A stretch of 28,396 nt of DNA from a virus (Duplodnaviria > Caudoviricetes), in the IMG/VR virus record IMGVR_UViG_3300049924_000292, positions 1 through 28,396 of that record. One strand, 5' to 3'. The notes under the pieces are model-generated. The model ran no database searches. It saw only the letters and a list, made by a program, of their open reading frames with translations, and had not been told where the DNA came from. Every line of letters starts with the position of its first letter. Positions within the stretch are counted from its first letter, which is position 1. Both the position numbers and the translations under genes were made by a program. Shown here piece by piece: positions 16,330-25,939 of this stretch.

Positions 16330-16964
16330 ATTTGAAAATCCTTTCTATTTTTTTGTTTTGTTTTAGTAGAGCCTTTGCCCTTCTTCTTGGCAGGTGGTTT
16401 CTTTTGTGGCCCCCATTGACCTTTCCATGTAGCTGCAATCTGTGCCACATAATCAAAGCCTTTATCATTAGCATAAAAAATTCTCTGACTTTCTGGAGTA
16501 TACCGATAATCACTAGCCTTATCTAAATCTACTGTTTCTGCTTCATAGGAAATTTGTATAATAGGATTGCCAACTTGATCATCTATTGTGGGAACATCTA
16601 GCTTCCCCTCAAATAGTAAGTAAGGATCATCTACTACCGCCCCTGTGCTATCTAAGAATCCTAGCCATAATTTTCCACTAGCATTTTGTTTAGTTGAGCT
16701 TAGTAATGTGGAAATTAAAACTTGAGGTACTCCAGCAAGCTCTATATCCATACCAGTGCTTGCCATATCAACATTTTCTTCTACGCCTTGGAATCCTCTG
16801 AGCCACCCATTGCCCTGCCATTGTCTCATATCCCAATATAGCTCACCTACCCCATTCCAGAGTCGTAGAGTAACGCCTACGAAAATCCCCTCATATAAAA
16901 ATATAGGGGAATTCCTCCCTGCCTCTATTTCGGCAATCATTTCAGCCGTTAAATTCCTCGCCAT
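16326..16964 (-). CDS. Minor tail protein (hub / gpL-like)
   Basis: LRLWNGVGEL.W...W.G.G, LFEGKLD, RYT.E.Q...Y..DKGFDYV; position in the tail module. Confidence 0.75.
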   Translation of the reverse strand: MARNLTAEMIAEIEAGRNSPIFLYEGIFVGVTLRLWNGVGELYWDMRQWQGNGWLRGFQGVEENVDMASTGMDIELAGVPQVLISTLLSSTKQNASGKLWLGFLDSTGAVVDDPYLLFEGKLDVPTIDDQVGNPIIQISYEAETVDLDKASDYRYTPESQRIFYANDKGFDYVAQIAATWKGQWGPQKKPPAKKKGKGSTKTKQKNRKDFQI

Positions 16965-17575
16965 TAGACTGCCTCAATTGCGGAAAATGAAACTTCATAA
17001 TAAGTAAAAGAGTAATTACTGTATATATCATAGTTATTTTCAGCCATCCTAAAAAGACCCTTTGGAGCATAGGTAATTATACTCTGACCATCAGAAGGCG
17101 ACTCTCTAAGACGAGGGAAAATATCTAAGGAACATTCCCCAGAGCCATCAGCAACAACTGTTGACTCACTAATATTTTTATAGAGTCTTTGCCCAATTTG
17201 AAAATAATCCCCTGTTTCAATCGTTGCCCCAACAGCTAATCCTTTAAGGTTTAAAACTTGTCCAGATTGATTAGCACCATCAACCAATGGATTCCCTGAC
17301 CAATTACCTCTTGGTTCTGGAGCTAGGAAGTCTCCTAAATAAAATGTTCCTGCCATCCCATTTAGTCTTAAAAGAAAACATTGCCAAGCCTCTGCTTCTG
17401 CCCTATCCATTACAGGCAAGGTAACTTGTGCTATCCATCTTTGCCCTGCATGAACTTGAACCTCAGAAGCATAGCTCCAAGGAGATTCAGAGATGGAAAC
17501 AGCACTAGATTGAGACATAGTGACAGAAACTATTCCTGGAGATGTTGGCATATTTAAAGGATAACTTATTGCCAT
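16964..17575 (-). CDS. Distal tail protein-like
   Basis: SPWS...VQ...GQRW.A.VTLP and FL..LNG..GTF; directly after the tape measure gene. Confidence 0.75.
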   Translation of the reverse strand: MAISYPLNMPTSPGIVSVTMSQSSAVSISESPWSYASEVQVHAGQRWIAQVTLPVMDRAEAEAWQCFLLRLNGMAGTFYLGDFLAPEPRGNWSGNPLVDGANQSGQVLNLKGLAVGATIETGDYFQIGQRLYKNISESTVVADGSGECSLDIFPRLRESPSDGQSIITYAPKGLFRMAENNYDIYSNYSFTYYEVSFSAIEAV

Positions 17576-20500
17576 TATCCCCTACCTTGGCTTGAGTGCC
17601 GACTAATAATATCTATAGTTTGAGAGATCATATCTTTTCTCACTCGATCAAGCGCATTGGCTATTTTATGTTCCATTCCTGGAGCAGAGTTTGGAGCATT
17701 AACCGTTAGGTTAATAACAGGATACCCTTTTGCTTGCCCTTGTCCAACTGCCCTAATTCCCATGCTTCCATCTGGTAATCTAGTTGCTGGCATGATGAAT
17801 TCTGGCCCTGCTTCCCCTGCAAGCCCGAAGCCACCACCTGACATCCCAAATGACATCTTTCTCGTTAGAAGGCCACCTTTGGCAAATTTTTCGGTGCTAT
17901 CTGGTATCTCTACTCCAGTAACCCCTGCTTCTAATAGCTTCTTAGTTTCCTCGGACATCTCTGTATCAACTTTAAGATGTATTCTGGAAGTTACCTCATC
18001 TGGTATCTCTTTTAACTTCTTACTAACATCTTCAAGCTGTTCTGTCATTTTAGCCCAATTATCTGCCATGGTTTCAGATCCAGCATTAATATCTGCTACG
18101 ATGCCGCCCCCAACTCGATTAGAAACTTCTGCTAACTGCTCTAAGGTTGTTATCTGTCTTTGAGCAAGAGCTGCCATTAAAGCCGATACCTGTTCTGCTG
18201 GAATACCAGCAGCAAGCATTTTTGCTTCTAAATCTTTTAGAGTTTTTCCGCCAGCTTCTAAAGTTTCTACGGCAATATTCTGAACTGCTTTAATCGCAGC
18301 TATCCCTCTACCCCCAGAATCAGTGAGTTGTTGCCACGCTCCTGCAATATCTCCAACAGCCGCTAGGCCAGGTTTAAAAGCCTCTCCTAGCCCCTGTAAG
18401 CCACTTTCCACCTCTAACCATGTCATGGCTCCAGTTTCGCCAGCAGCGATTAAACTGTTGCTTAAATCCTCCAAGGATAAGCCTAATTGAGCAACGAACA
18501 ACCTTGCGTTATCAACATTCGCACCTAAATTCTCAGAGAGTAAGAAGGCTATCTGAGAACCAACTTCTTCAGTTAATCCTAATGTCTCCTTAAGAGCCAT
18601 TCCTAAACCGTTAAAGGTCTTTTTAATTACTGGATCTAGCTTATTAAATTCATCGCCCCATCCTGGCAGATTAAACCTATCACTTGACCCTTCTAGGAAA
18701 TTAAACTGATCTCCTTTTGTGAGTTTTAGCTTTTTATCTTTATCGAAAAATGCGACTGTTTTAAGCTTCTCAAAACCTTCTTCTACGAAATTAGCAAAAG
18801 CATGACGAGCTTGAGTTTCAGCGTTTTGTGGCCCCCATTTAAGCATTCCACCTATTAGCTCTCCTATCTGCGATCCGATCTTCTGTCCTGTAGAACCACC
18901 GAAATAGGCTCCAATAGCTCCCCCTGCTGCTGCACCAGTTCCAGCATTGCTTTTAGTTTCTTTATCCTTGTCAGATGCGTTAAAAATATCTCCTGCGACA
19001 TCCAACCCTGCTTGAATATCGTCCATCATCTCTTTATTTGCCGCAGCTTGAGCCTCTGGATCTGCGCTATCAGATCCCCATCCAATATCGTTTAAGAAAT
19101 CGTCTCCAAAAAGATCTCCAATACCATCTTTAACGGTACTTCCAATCTTAGCCTTACTTTCTGGACTTAATTGTCCTAGTGCTGATGTGATACCACTTAA
19201 ATTAATTCCAAACGCATCTCCTGCTGCACCAATTAGAGAAATGAATCCTTCTCCTGCATTAACAAGATTCTCGTGGATCTTTGCACTCATCTCATCGACT
19301 TTAGTATCTACTTTATTACCAACTTCATCGACTGCTGCATCGCCAGCTTTTTTCATCTCTTCTTCGAGTTCGCTTAGAGGAATCCCATGCTTTAACCCCT
19401 CTTTCCACTGTTCAAAGAAACCTTCCTCTACGCTCTTTTTTAAACCCTTAGTTAATTCATCTAGCTTAAATAAGTCTTCAGGGGAGAAATTCCCCATCTC
19501 CAATATTTTATCTATCTCATCCTGAGAAGTATTTGTTGATTGTTCAGCTCTAAACTCTTTCCACTTAGAGAGCCATTTTTCTGTTTCATCAACAGCTTTT
19601 TTAATTGCCTTTTCAGTTTTTTTAGTTTCTTCGCTATTATTTACTAATTCATCAACTGTCTCTTTTAGAGTCCTCTTTCCTTGACCAAGAGCTTTATTAA
19701 TATTCTCAACACTTTCTCCTGTCGCCTTAGCTATTTGCTGAACCTTAAAAGCATCCTCTCTTTGAATTGCAAGATCTCCTAGAGCAAATTCTTTTCGTGG
19801 TCCTAGCTCGCTAGAAATTCTTGGCAAGCCTTCAACAGCACTACCTACGCTACCGATGCTCAGCATTTCCTGATTAATATTTTTTAATGTATTTGCTAGA
19901 TCAACTTGTTTCTGTAATGCCTTAGCTTGTTCTTCTAACTGCTTAGCTCTCTCGTCCTTAGCTCTGCCTTTAAAGAAATCCGCTAACTGCTTATCCCACT
20001 CATCAGCTCCTAGAGCTTCAGCAATATAGTCGCCGAGCGCATTAGATCCTGACATTTTTCCAGGATACATAGCATTATCTAACGCAGTTTTTAAGAACTC
20101 CGCACCCTTCTTAATTGCTTCAAATGCGTCAAGTGCGTAAGGAACGATCTTGGGAAACTTAGTCTTAAACCCTTCGATAAATCCATCGATAATATCATCT
20201 ATGGCATCTATCTTTCCTGAAATAAAATCAGCGATGCCATTCCAAACATCGCTAACAAAATCTTTAATTACCTGCCATCCCTTAGAGAAGTTTTCAAAGA
20301 ACTTAGAAGCTATATCACCAATTGTTAGGAAGACTCCCCAAACAATATCAAATATTTCAGGGAAGGATTCTTTAAACCATCCTATCAAGGATGAAGCACC
20401 TTCTTTAATATCATCCCAGAAGATGTAAATTGCAGCACCAGCAGCAACAATTGCTACCCCGATTATTACTGGAAGAGTTCCTATCGCTGCCCCAATACCT

Positions 20501-21810
20501 GCTAAAACTTTCACAATGTCAGCAACAATTGTTTTTCCAAGTAATAGTTGGAACAATCCAATAAAACTTCCTAACGCACTAGAAACTATCCCAAGGGTTG
20601 TTCCTAGTACCGCAAGGGCTGTTACTATTCCAAAAGTCGCAACGGTTGCATTAACAACAAAACTTGGTAACTCGCTAAACCATTTTGCAAAATCAGCAAA
20701 AAGCCTTGTTGCTAATAAAACAGCAGGAGCAAGTTTTTCCCCAATAACTATAGCAGCGTTGGTTGCTGTATTAGCAGCCATTTTCATCTGCTCGTTAAAG
20801 CCTGCTCTTATTTTATCAGCAATTTCTTTTATAGTATCTCCAGCCTCCCGATTTCGCTTTTCAAAATCGGACATCGCCTGACTCATCCCCATCAAGGATT
20901 GAATGAATGAGATATTTTTAAGTGTAAAACCTAACTCTTTTAATCTTATTATTTTATCAACATCGGAAAGGCCGTCTAAGGCTCCTTCCATTTCTTTTAA
21001 TACGCCAATTATGTTTTTGAAGTTTCCATTCTCATCAAAAACATTTATGCCACCTTTCTTGAAGTATTTTAAACCGAGATCTCTAATCACTATTCCAAGG
21101 GCTGTTCCTGCTTTCGCTCCTTTAATCCCCTGAGATCCAAATGCTTCTAATATTGCTGTAGCAGTTTCAATATCAACATTGGCCTGTCTTAATGCGCCCC
21201 CCAATTGAGAGGCTAATGATACGGAAAGATCTTGTATGCTAAGAGTGGTATCTAAAGAGGCTCGTCCAATTACGTTAGCAATCTTGCTGAAATTCTCTGC
21301 TCTCTCTTCTGAGGTTTTAAACTCTTCTCCTAAAGATTGCTGAATCTGAATTAGCATCTCTCCAGATTCAGCTAACTTTAAATTACCAGCAGTTGCAAAA
21401 TCTGCAAAAACTGGCAAAGAACTTAATGCCTCGCCAGCTTTTAATCCTGCCTGTCCAAGAACACCATATGCTTCCGCAGCTTCTGTTGCAGAAATAGAAG
21501 TTCTCTCGGAAAGCTGCTTAGCTCCTGCAATTAATTTATTAAAATTAGCACCACCAATTTCACCAGCATCATCGATGTATGCCATTGAACGGCGAATAGC
21601 CGCATCAAAGTTTCCAAAACTTTTAACAGCAGCTACCCCAATACCTGTTAGTCCAGCAGCAAAGGCTACGGAGATAGCCGATCCTGCCTGTTGTGCGACT
21701 CTTCCAAATTTCTTTAATTCTCTTTCAGCCGTGCGAATACCAGCTTGCAACTCTTCTGTTCCAAGTTGAAGCGTAACACGAATTTTACCGATTTCGTTTT
21801 TACTCGCCAC
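17575..21810 (-). CDS. Tail tape measure protein (1411 aa)
   Basis: TP901-type core (GIKGAKAGTAL), hydrophobic segments, Trp/Phe-spaced repeats and C-terminal FAKGG...GEAGPE motif. Confidence 0.95.
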   Translation of the reverse strand: MASKNEIGKIRVTLQLGTEELQAGIRTAERELKKFGRVAQQAGSAISVAFAAGLTGIGVAAVKSFGNFDAAIRRSMAYIDDAGEIGGANFNKLIAGAKQLSERTSISATEAAEAYGVLGQAGLKAGEALSSLPVFADFATAGNLKLAESGEMLIQIQQSLGEEFKTSEERAENFSKIANVIGRASLDTTLSIQDLSVSLASQLGGALRQANVDIETATAILEAFGSQGIKGAKAGTALGIVIRDLGLKYFKKGGINVFDENGNFKNIIGVLKEMEGALDGLSDVDKIIRLKELGFTLKNISFIQSLMGMSQAMSDFEKRNREAGDTIKEIADKIRAGFNEQMKMAANTATNAAIVIGEKLAPAVLLATRLFADFAKWFSELPSFVVNATVATFGIVTALAVLGTTLGIVSSALGSFIGLFQLLLGKTIVADIVKVLAGIGAAIGTLPVIIGVAIVAAGAAIYIFWDDIKEGASSLIGWFKESFPEIFDIVWGVFLTIGDIASKFFENFSKGWQVIKDFVSDVWNGIADFISGKIDAIDDIIDGFIEGFKTKFPKIVPYALDAFEAIKKGAEFLKTALDNAMYPGKMSGSNALGDYIAEALGADEWDKQLADFFKGRAKDERAKQLEEQAKALQKQVDLANTLKNINQEMLSIGSVGSAVEGLPRISSELGPRKEFALGDLAIQREDAFKVQQIAKATGESVENINKALGQGKRTLKETVDELVNNSEETKKTEKAIKKAVDETEKWLSKWKEFRAEQSTNTSQDEIDKILEMGNFSPEDLFKLDELTKGLKKSVEEGFFEQWKEGLKHGIPLSELEEEMKKAGDAAVDEVGNKVDTKVDEMSAKIHENLVNAGEGFISLIGAAGDAFGINLSGITSALGQLSPESKAKIGSTVKDGIGDLFGDDFLNDIGWGSDSADPEAQAAANKEMMDDIQAGLDVAGDIFNASDKDKETKSNAGTGAAAGGAIGAYFGGSTGQKIGSQIGELIGGMLKWGPQNAETQARHAFANFVEEGFEKLKTVAFFDKDKKLKLTKGDQFNFLEGSSDRFNLPGWGDEFNKLDPVIKKTFNGLGMALKETLGLTEEVGSQIAFLLSENLGANVDNARLFVAQLGLSLEDLSNSLIAAGETGAMTWLEVESGLQGLGEAFKPGLAAVGDIAGAWQQLTDSGGRGIAAIKAVQNIAVETLEAGGKTLKDLEAKMLAAGIPAEQVSALMAALAQRQITTLEQLAEVSNRVGGGIVADINAGSETMADNWAKMTEQLEDVSKKLKEIPDEVTSRIHLKVDTEMSEETKKLLEAGVTGVEIPDSTEKFAKGGLLTRKMSFGMSGGGFGLAGEAGPEFIMPATRLPDGSMGIRAVGQGQAKGYPVINLTVNAPNSAPGMEHKIANALDRVRKDMISQTIDIISRHSSQGRG

Positions 21811-21815
21811 TTATC

Positions 21816-22139
21816 CTATTTTTCCTTTTTAACTCCACCCATTGCAGCAGAAAGAAGCCTGAATCTTAAAGCAGTTTCCCTTGCTATATACTCAGGATCT
21901 TTTGTCGGTTCTGGCTTATCATCATCATAACCCATTACCTCTAAAGCCCCAACTGGTCTATCTTCTTTCCCCCTGAATAAATTTCTAATCGTGGCGACGA
22001 TCATGCCAAATCTAGCATCTTGCTGTTTGACTGTTTGCTCGACTCTATCTTTCAAATAAAAAAGTTTGGCTGGAGTGAGTTCCCAAAAGAACTTCTCTGA
22101 TAGCTTTAAATCGTAAATAGCCATCGCCCATAACTCCAA
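21816..22139 (-). CDS. Tail assembly chaperone, downstream (gpT-like) frame
   Basis: LKLSEKFFWELTP motif. The frame is open upstream to the slippery site, so it is probably made as a frameshift fusion. Confidence 0.8.
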   Translation of the reverse strand: MELWAMAIYDLKLSEKFFWELTPAKLFYLKDRVEQTVKQQDARFGMIVATIRNLFRGKEDRPVGALEVMGYDDDKPEPTKDPEYIARETALRFRLLSAAMGGVKKEK

Positions 22140-22183
22140 CCAATCTACCTTCTCAGCATTATTGCGTTCCGTGGCGAAACTAC

Positions 22184-22525
22184 CTATCGAAGCTCGCTTA
22201 CTTCTTGAGTATTTGTTTTTTTTTCACCCTCTGGAACAGCAGCTTGCTGAAAAGCTTCTGTTATAGCTTTAGAAATATCTGGTAAGTCGGATAACTCAAC
22301 CATTTTTCCTAAATCTTCTATACTGACCTTCTCTGTAGACTGTAATCCAGCCCACAACAAGGTAAGAATATCACTCGATGTAGGGCTTGAAAAAAGCTCC
22401 CCTTGAAGAACATTCTTACCTGTTTCTCTCTCCAATAGGTAGAAAGCCCACATGTTAAAAACTAACTTGCGAACCTTTCCACCTATCTTTACCTCAACTC
22501 CTGGACTCACTTTATCCAAACTCAT
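22184..22525 (-). CDS. Tail assembly chaperone (gpG-like)
   Basis: Lies between tail tube and tape measure; IGGK.RKL.F...A...LE..TG and LLWAGL; EKK at the slippery site. Confidence 0.85.
   Translation of the reverse strand: MSLDKVSPGVEVKIGGKVRKLVFNMWAFYLLERETGKNVLQGELFSSPTSSDILTLLWAGLQSTEKVSIEDLGKMVELSDLPDISKAITEAFQQAAVPEGEKKTNTQEVSELR
22215..22225 (-). other. Programmed -1 ribosomal frameshift site
   Basis: G-A9-C on the coding strand. The -1 frame NKYSRSKRASIGSFATERNNAEKVDW-LELWAMA runs without a stop into the 21816..22139 ORF. Confidence 0.82.
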
Positions 22526-22552
22526 AAATCTGCCTCTTTAATTTAAGTTAAA

Positions 22553-23320
22553 CTATGCTGTCCTTGTTACCGCACCATCTATTCCTAAACGAACGGATAG
22601 AGTTAATGCGTTATCAATCGGTGCGCCAACTTCTGCACCAGAAACATATGCAGAGAAATCATACTGCATTCCACCCAAGTCAGGAAGGATCATTCTGAAG
22701 TTTCTCAATGTTCTGTTTTCAAAGTCTGTTAAAAGACCTTCATGTTCTGCATCTGCTGGATCATATATCAATTCAAAAGAAACTTCTCCAGCCGACTTAA
22801 ATGAAGGCTTGATCTGTCTGTAGCTTGAATTTGATGTATGATGAGTTACGTCAAAAGTTTCTAATGAAAACTGTGGGCCTGAAATACTTCTAGCACCATC
22901 AATTGTTGTGAAAACTTCTGTAGAATCTGCACCACCTGTAAGAGCAGCACTTGAACCAGCAACAAGAACGCCAGAACCGTTACCAGTTCCAATAGTTGCA
23001 TCCCAACTTGCTCTAAAAGTAGCATCAGCATAAAGAGCAGCAATTGCCTGTAATACTGTAGTTGTAGCAACTCCGCTTCCATCTGTTGCAGATGTTATTA
23101 CTAAGTTTGATGACGATACAGTAAAAGAAAAAGCTGTGTTATTTCCTGATACTAATATCGAACAAGTTTTACTGTTGCCAGCAGCACCAGCTACGGCAGC
23201 AAGTATTTTAAGTTGTTGGTTGCTCGATCCGATTGTACGAGAAGCTTTAGTTGCGGCAGATGAACCACCGTCACCTCTCTTAATCAGAGTTCCGTAACCT
23301 GAATAAGCTGTAATTGTCAT
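22553..23320 (-). CDS. Major tail (tube) protein with 110-aa inserted domain
   Basis: GTLIKRGDG...EVFTTI...ISGP...DVTH...GEVSFEL.YDP...F.AYV; the insertion spans aa 23-132. Confidence 0.88.
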   Translation of the reverse strand: MTITAYSGYGTLIKRGDGGSSAATKASRTIGSSNQQLKILAAVAGAAGNSKTCSILVSGNNTAFSFTVSSSNLVITSATDGSGVATTTVLQAIAALYADATFRASWDATIGTGNGSGVLVAGSSAALTGGADSTEVFTTIDGARSISGPQFSLETFDVTHHTSNSSYRQIKPSFKSAGEVSFELIYDPADAEHEGLLTDFENRTLRNFRMILPDLGGMQYDFSAYVSGAEVGAPIDNALTLSVRLGIDGAVTRTA

Positions 23321-23340
23321 TTTAAAAATCTCCTATTAAA

Positions 23341-23736
23341 TTAAAGTAGATGCCAAATTTCATACTCAGAAATTACTCTGAAATCATTTGGAACATCATC
23401 GTAATCATCCATACCTTCTGATGAACACAGCACTGCCCTTACTGTGCTATCCCCCATTAATCCCACATAAGACTCTAAAGAATCTCTCAGAGCTTTAGAG
23501 ATTAATTTAGCCTCTCTAAGCTCAGTCGCAAAACAATGAAACTGAAACTCCGTAGATACTAAATCGGGCGCACCATTGATTTTCCTAATCGGATCACTCC
23601 CCATATTAAAAAAAACAATAGCTGGCAAAGTTGGAATCTGTGGCAGTAAAGTCGGATAAATCCGATCTCCTACCAATGAGATAATATTAGCCTGAGTACT
23701 TAAATAGGCATATATCCCATCTTCTATAAGAGCCAT
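23341..23736 (-). CDS. Tail terminator / completion protein (DUF3168-like)
   Basis: LVGDRIYP..LPQ..TLPAIV; position before the tail tube gene. Confidence 0.8.
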   Translation of the reverse strand: MALIEDGIYAYLSTQANIISLVGDRIYPTLLPQIPTLPAIVFFNMGSDPIRKINGAPDLVSTEFQFHCFATELREAKLISKALRDSLESYVGLMGDSTVRAVLCSSEGMDDYDDVPNDFRVISEYEIWHLL

Positions 23737-24212
23737 TAGAATCCCCTCCTAAATAATCCCGCACGGATTTCGTTGGCTAATCTAACTACGATACTATTCT
23801 TTTCAGCGTCGAAGGTTTTCTTAAGGAAGTTTTGCGCTGGAGAGTGACCTACAACCTTCTTTTTCTTTTTCCTACCCCTAACAACCCTATGTCCAAGCTC
23901 CACCCATCCTGAATAATAAGCTGTATTTTGAAGCTGAACCTCTAAGAGAAAAGGGTTATCTGATCTCATCTTTTTTATCCGATACATTGAAATCATTCGA
24001 GGGCCTGTATATACATTTTGAGATATTCTCTGGCCTTTCCCACCACGTCTATCACGTCGCCCTTTAGGGGTATTTGCTTGGGCAGCTTGCATGGCTGGCT
24101 TCATAGCCCTTTTCATTGCATCAATTAATATGCGTCGCTTAAGATCGGAGGCCATGTTATTCATTCTCCTGCGAATCTCTTCTAGCCCTTCAATCCTTAC
24201 TGTATTAGTCAT
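23736..24212 (-). CDS. HK97 gp10-like tail component
   Basis: IEGLEE, YY..WVELGH and PAQNFL..TFD. Confidence 0.82.
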   Translation of the reverse strand: MTNTVRIEGLEEIRRRMNNMASDLKRRILIDAMKRAMKPAMQAAQANTPKGRRDRRGGKGQRISQNVYTGPRMISMYRIKKMRSDNPFLLEVQLQNTAYYSGWVELGHRVVRGRKKKKKVVGHSPAQNFLKKTFDAEKNSIVVRLANEIRAGLFRRGF

Positions 24213-24538
24213 TAGATTGCCTTTTGAACTAAAATTTCTAACCCCTGCCTTCTAGTCATCTCTGATATATTCAGTATATCGTAATATTCGCCTTCAAATA
24301 AGATTCTATGTTTTTTAGTCAGCCCTGCTATATAGCGAATAGTAAACCTCGCTTGAAAATAACTAACCTCCCTAGCACTCTCTACCTTAAACTTCTCCCT
24401 GCCTGTTAGAGCTTTAAACATCGCAGGAACATTAGCATATTGAGTCGTAAAGCTTTCCTTGGCAGCTCCAATAGCATCCCTAACAACATTACATTGCTGG
24501 ATAGAAATTCTTCTGTCTAAGCTTCCTGCTGCAATCAT
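24212..24538 (-). CDS. Head closure protein (SPP1 gp16-like)
   Basis: AGSLDRRISIQ, GRE, FTIRY and RI.FEGEYYDI. Confidence 0.88.
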   Translation of the reverse strand: MIAAGSLDRRISIQQCNVVRDAIGAAKESFTTQYANVPAMFKALTGREKFKVESAREVSYFQARFTIRYIAGLTKKHRILFEGEYYDILNISEMTRRQGLEILVQKAI

Positions 24539-25467
24539 ACATAAATCAATCTAAAAGAGTTTAATGTTGATTCAAAAGTATATGGAATCTTATTCGATAA
24601 TACAGAAATTCCGTTAATAACAGGCTCTCTGTTGGCATACCAATGTCCTACAAGGAATAAAATTGCCTGACGCATTACAAAGGGTATACTCGACTCCGTA
24701 CTTCCATATCCTGTAGTAACATCAATCTGGACACCGTTTAAAACGCTCATAGCAAGAGCAGGATACGATTCCCCAGAATTTAATATCAGCCTTGGAGGTA
24801 AATCTTTATCCTCTCCATCAAGCGTCATTCCAGTAAATGATGTCAGTGTTCCATTTGAATTAATGTATTTTAATGCATCCAATGATTGAATAGGAGATAA
24901 TGGAAGAGTGATAATATCTCCATTAGGCCAATCATCATAAAATATCCTATGAGTTCGTTGCATTAGGATTTTGTTGGTAATTCTTTCTATCAACTCTGCT
25001 GTAGCTGAGATTAGTAATGAAATATATGCGTCCTCATCTCCCCCATCAACTCCAGATGATAAGTTGGCATTTGCAGCAGCTACAACGACACCTGTTCCGT
25101 TACCAGAGCCATTAGTAGCATCAAAAAGACTAGATGCTTGAGCATTGGCATAAATCTCTGCGATTACATCATTAACAGTTGAAGTTGCTGTAGCAGATCC
25201 GTTAGTCGCAGAATTTATTGTAAGCTTATTATTCGTTACAGATACGCTTAAAGGAGTATTATTTCCACTCACTAAAAGCTCTACGCTATACTGATTGCCT
25301 ATAGTGCCAGCAATTTTAGCTGTAATAAAAAGCTCCGAACTTCCTGTTCCGATAGTCCTATTAGCCTTAGTTGCCACAGATTGAGTATCAACTACTCTAA
25401 TAGCACTTTTAGCTGTAGAAATCGAAACAGGAAGTTGCGCTGCTGCTGTAAGCTCTTTCCATCTCAT
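24535..25467 (-). CDS. Head-tail connector (HK97 gp6-like) with 110-aa inserted domain
   Basis: PVS...AK..IRV, then the insert, then DEDAYI..LI.AA...IE; LP.SPIQS, GYG, QAILFLVGHWYANRE. Confidence 0.88.
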   Translation of the reverse strand: MRWKELTAAAQLPVSISTAKSAIRVVDTQSVATKANRTIGTGSSELFITAKIAGTIGNQYSVELLVSGNNTPLSVSVTNNKLTINSATNGSATATSTVNDVIAEIYANAQASSLFDATNGSGNGTGVVVAAANANLSSGVDGGDEDAYISLLISATAELIERITNKILMQRTHRIFYDDWPNGDIITLPLSPIQSLDALKYINSNGTLTSFTGMTLDGEDKDLPPRLILNSGESYPALAMSVLNGVQIDVTTGYGSTESSIPFVMRQAILFLVGHWYANREPVINGISVLSNKIPYTFESTLNSFRLIYV

Positions 25468-25473
25468 GATAGA

Positions 25474-25875
25474 TTACTTACCTTTCTTACTTTTAGCTTT
25501 CTTATCCTCTCCGACTTCCTCAGAAGCTTCCTTGTTTTCCTTAACTTCTTCAACAACTACTTCTTCAGAAACTTCCTTAACTTCTTCAACCTTTTCTTCG
25601 CTCACAACTTCTTCAGAGATCTCTTTAACTTCCTGAACCTCTTCAGCTACCACTTCTTCTTGAACCTCTTTCTGTTCTTCTAGGTAAACAGGCTCATAGA
25701 TAGAAGTTTCTTTTTCTCCATAAGGATCTTCAACTATGATAGCAATTCCTGCTGCATCTAATTCGTAAGCTTCCGCAGAATCTAAAACCTGAACTGATCC
25801 AGCTCTGTACTCGCCAGCCTTTCCCCTAGGAACGTAATTTAGGCTTTTAATATGAACTTTTACTTTATGCCCCAT
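25474..25875 (-). CDS. Head-region protein with Glu/Val-rich low-complexity repeats
   Basis: YRAG.V...D..EA.EL..AGIA small N-terminal domain, EEVV/EEVKE repeats and a basic end. Confidence 0.7.
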   Translation of the reverse strand: MGHKVKVHIKSLNYVPRGKAGEYRAGSVQVLDSAEAYELDAAGIAIIVEDPYGEKETSIYEPVYLEEQKEVQEEVVAEEVQEVKEISEEVVSEEKVEEVKEVSEEVVVEEVKENKEASEEVGEDKKAKSKKGK

Positions 25876-25894
25876 TTTTTATGCCTTTATATAT

Positions 25895-25932
25895 AATAAA
25901 AAATGCGGAGAGGAAAACTTCTCCCTCTCCGC
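25895..25932 (-). terminator. Rho-independent terminator after the decoration gene
   Basis: 9-bp GC-rich stem GCGGAGAGG/CCTCTCCGC followed on the - strand by ATTTTTTATT. Confidence 0.7.
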
Positions 25933-25939
25933 TAACTAA

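Noticed and set aside
17657-21930. Several + strand ORFs of 61-168 aa inside the tape measure region
   Set aside because: They are antisense shadows of a long gene, Ser/Pro/Ile-rich and without recognisable motifs.
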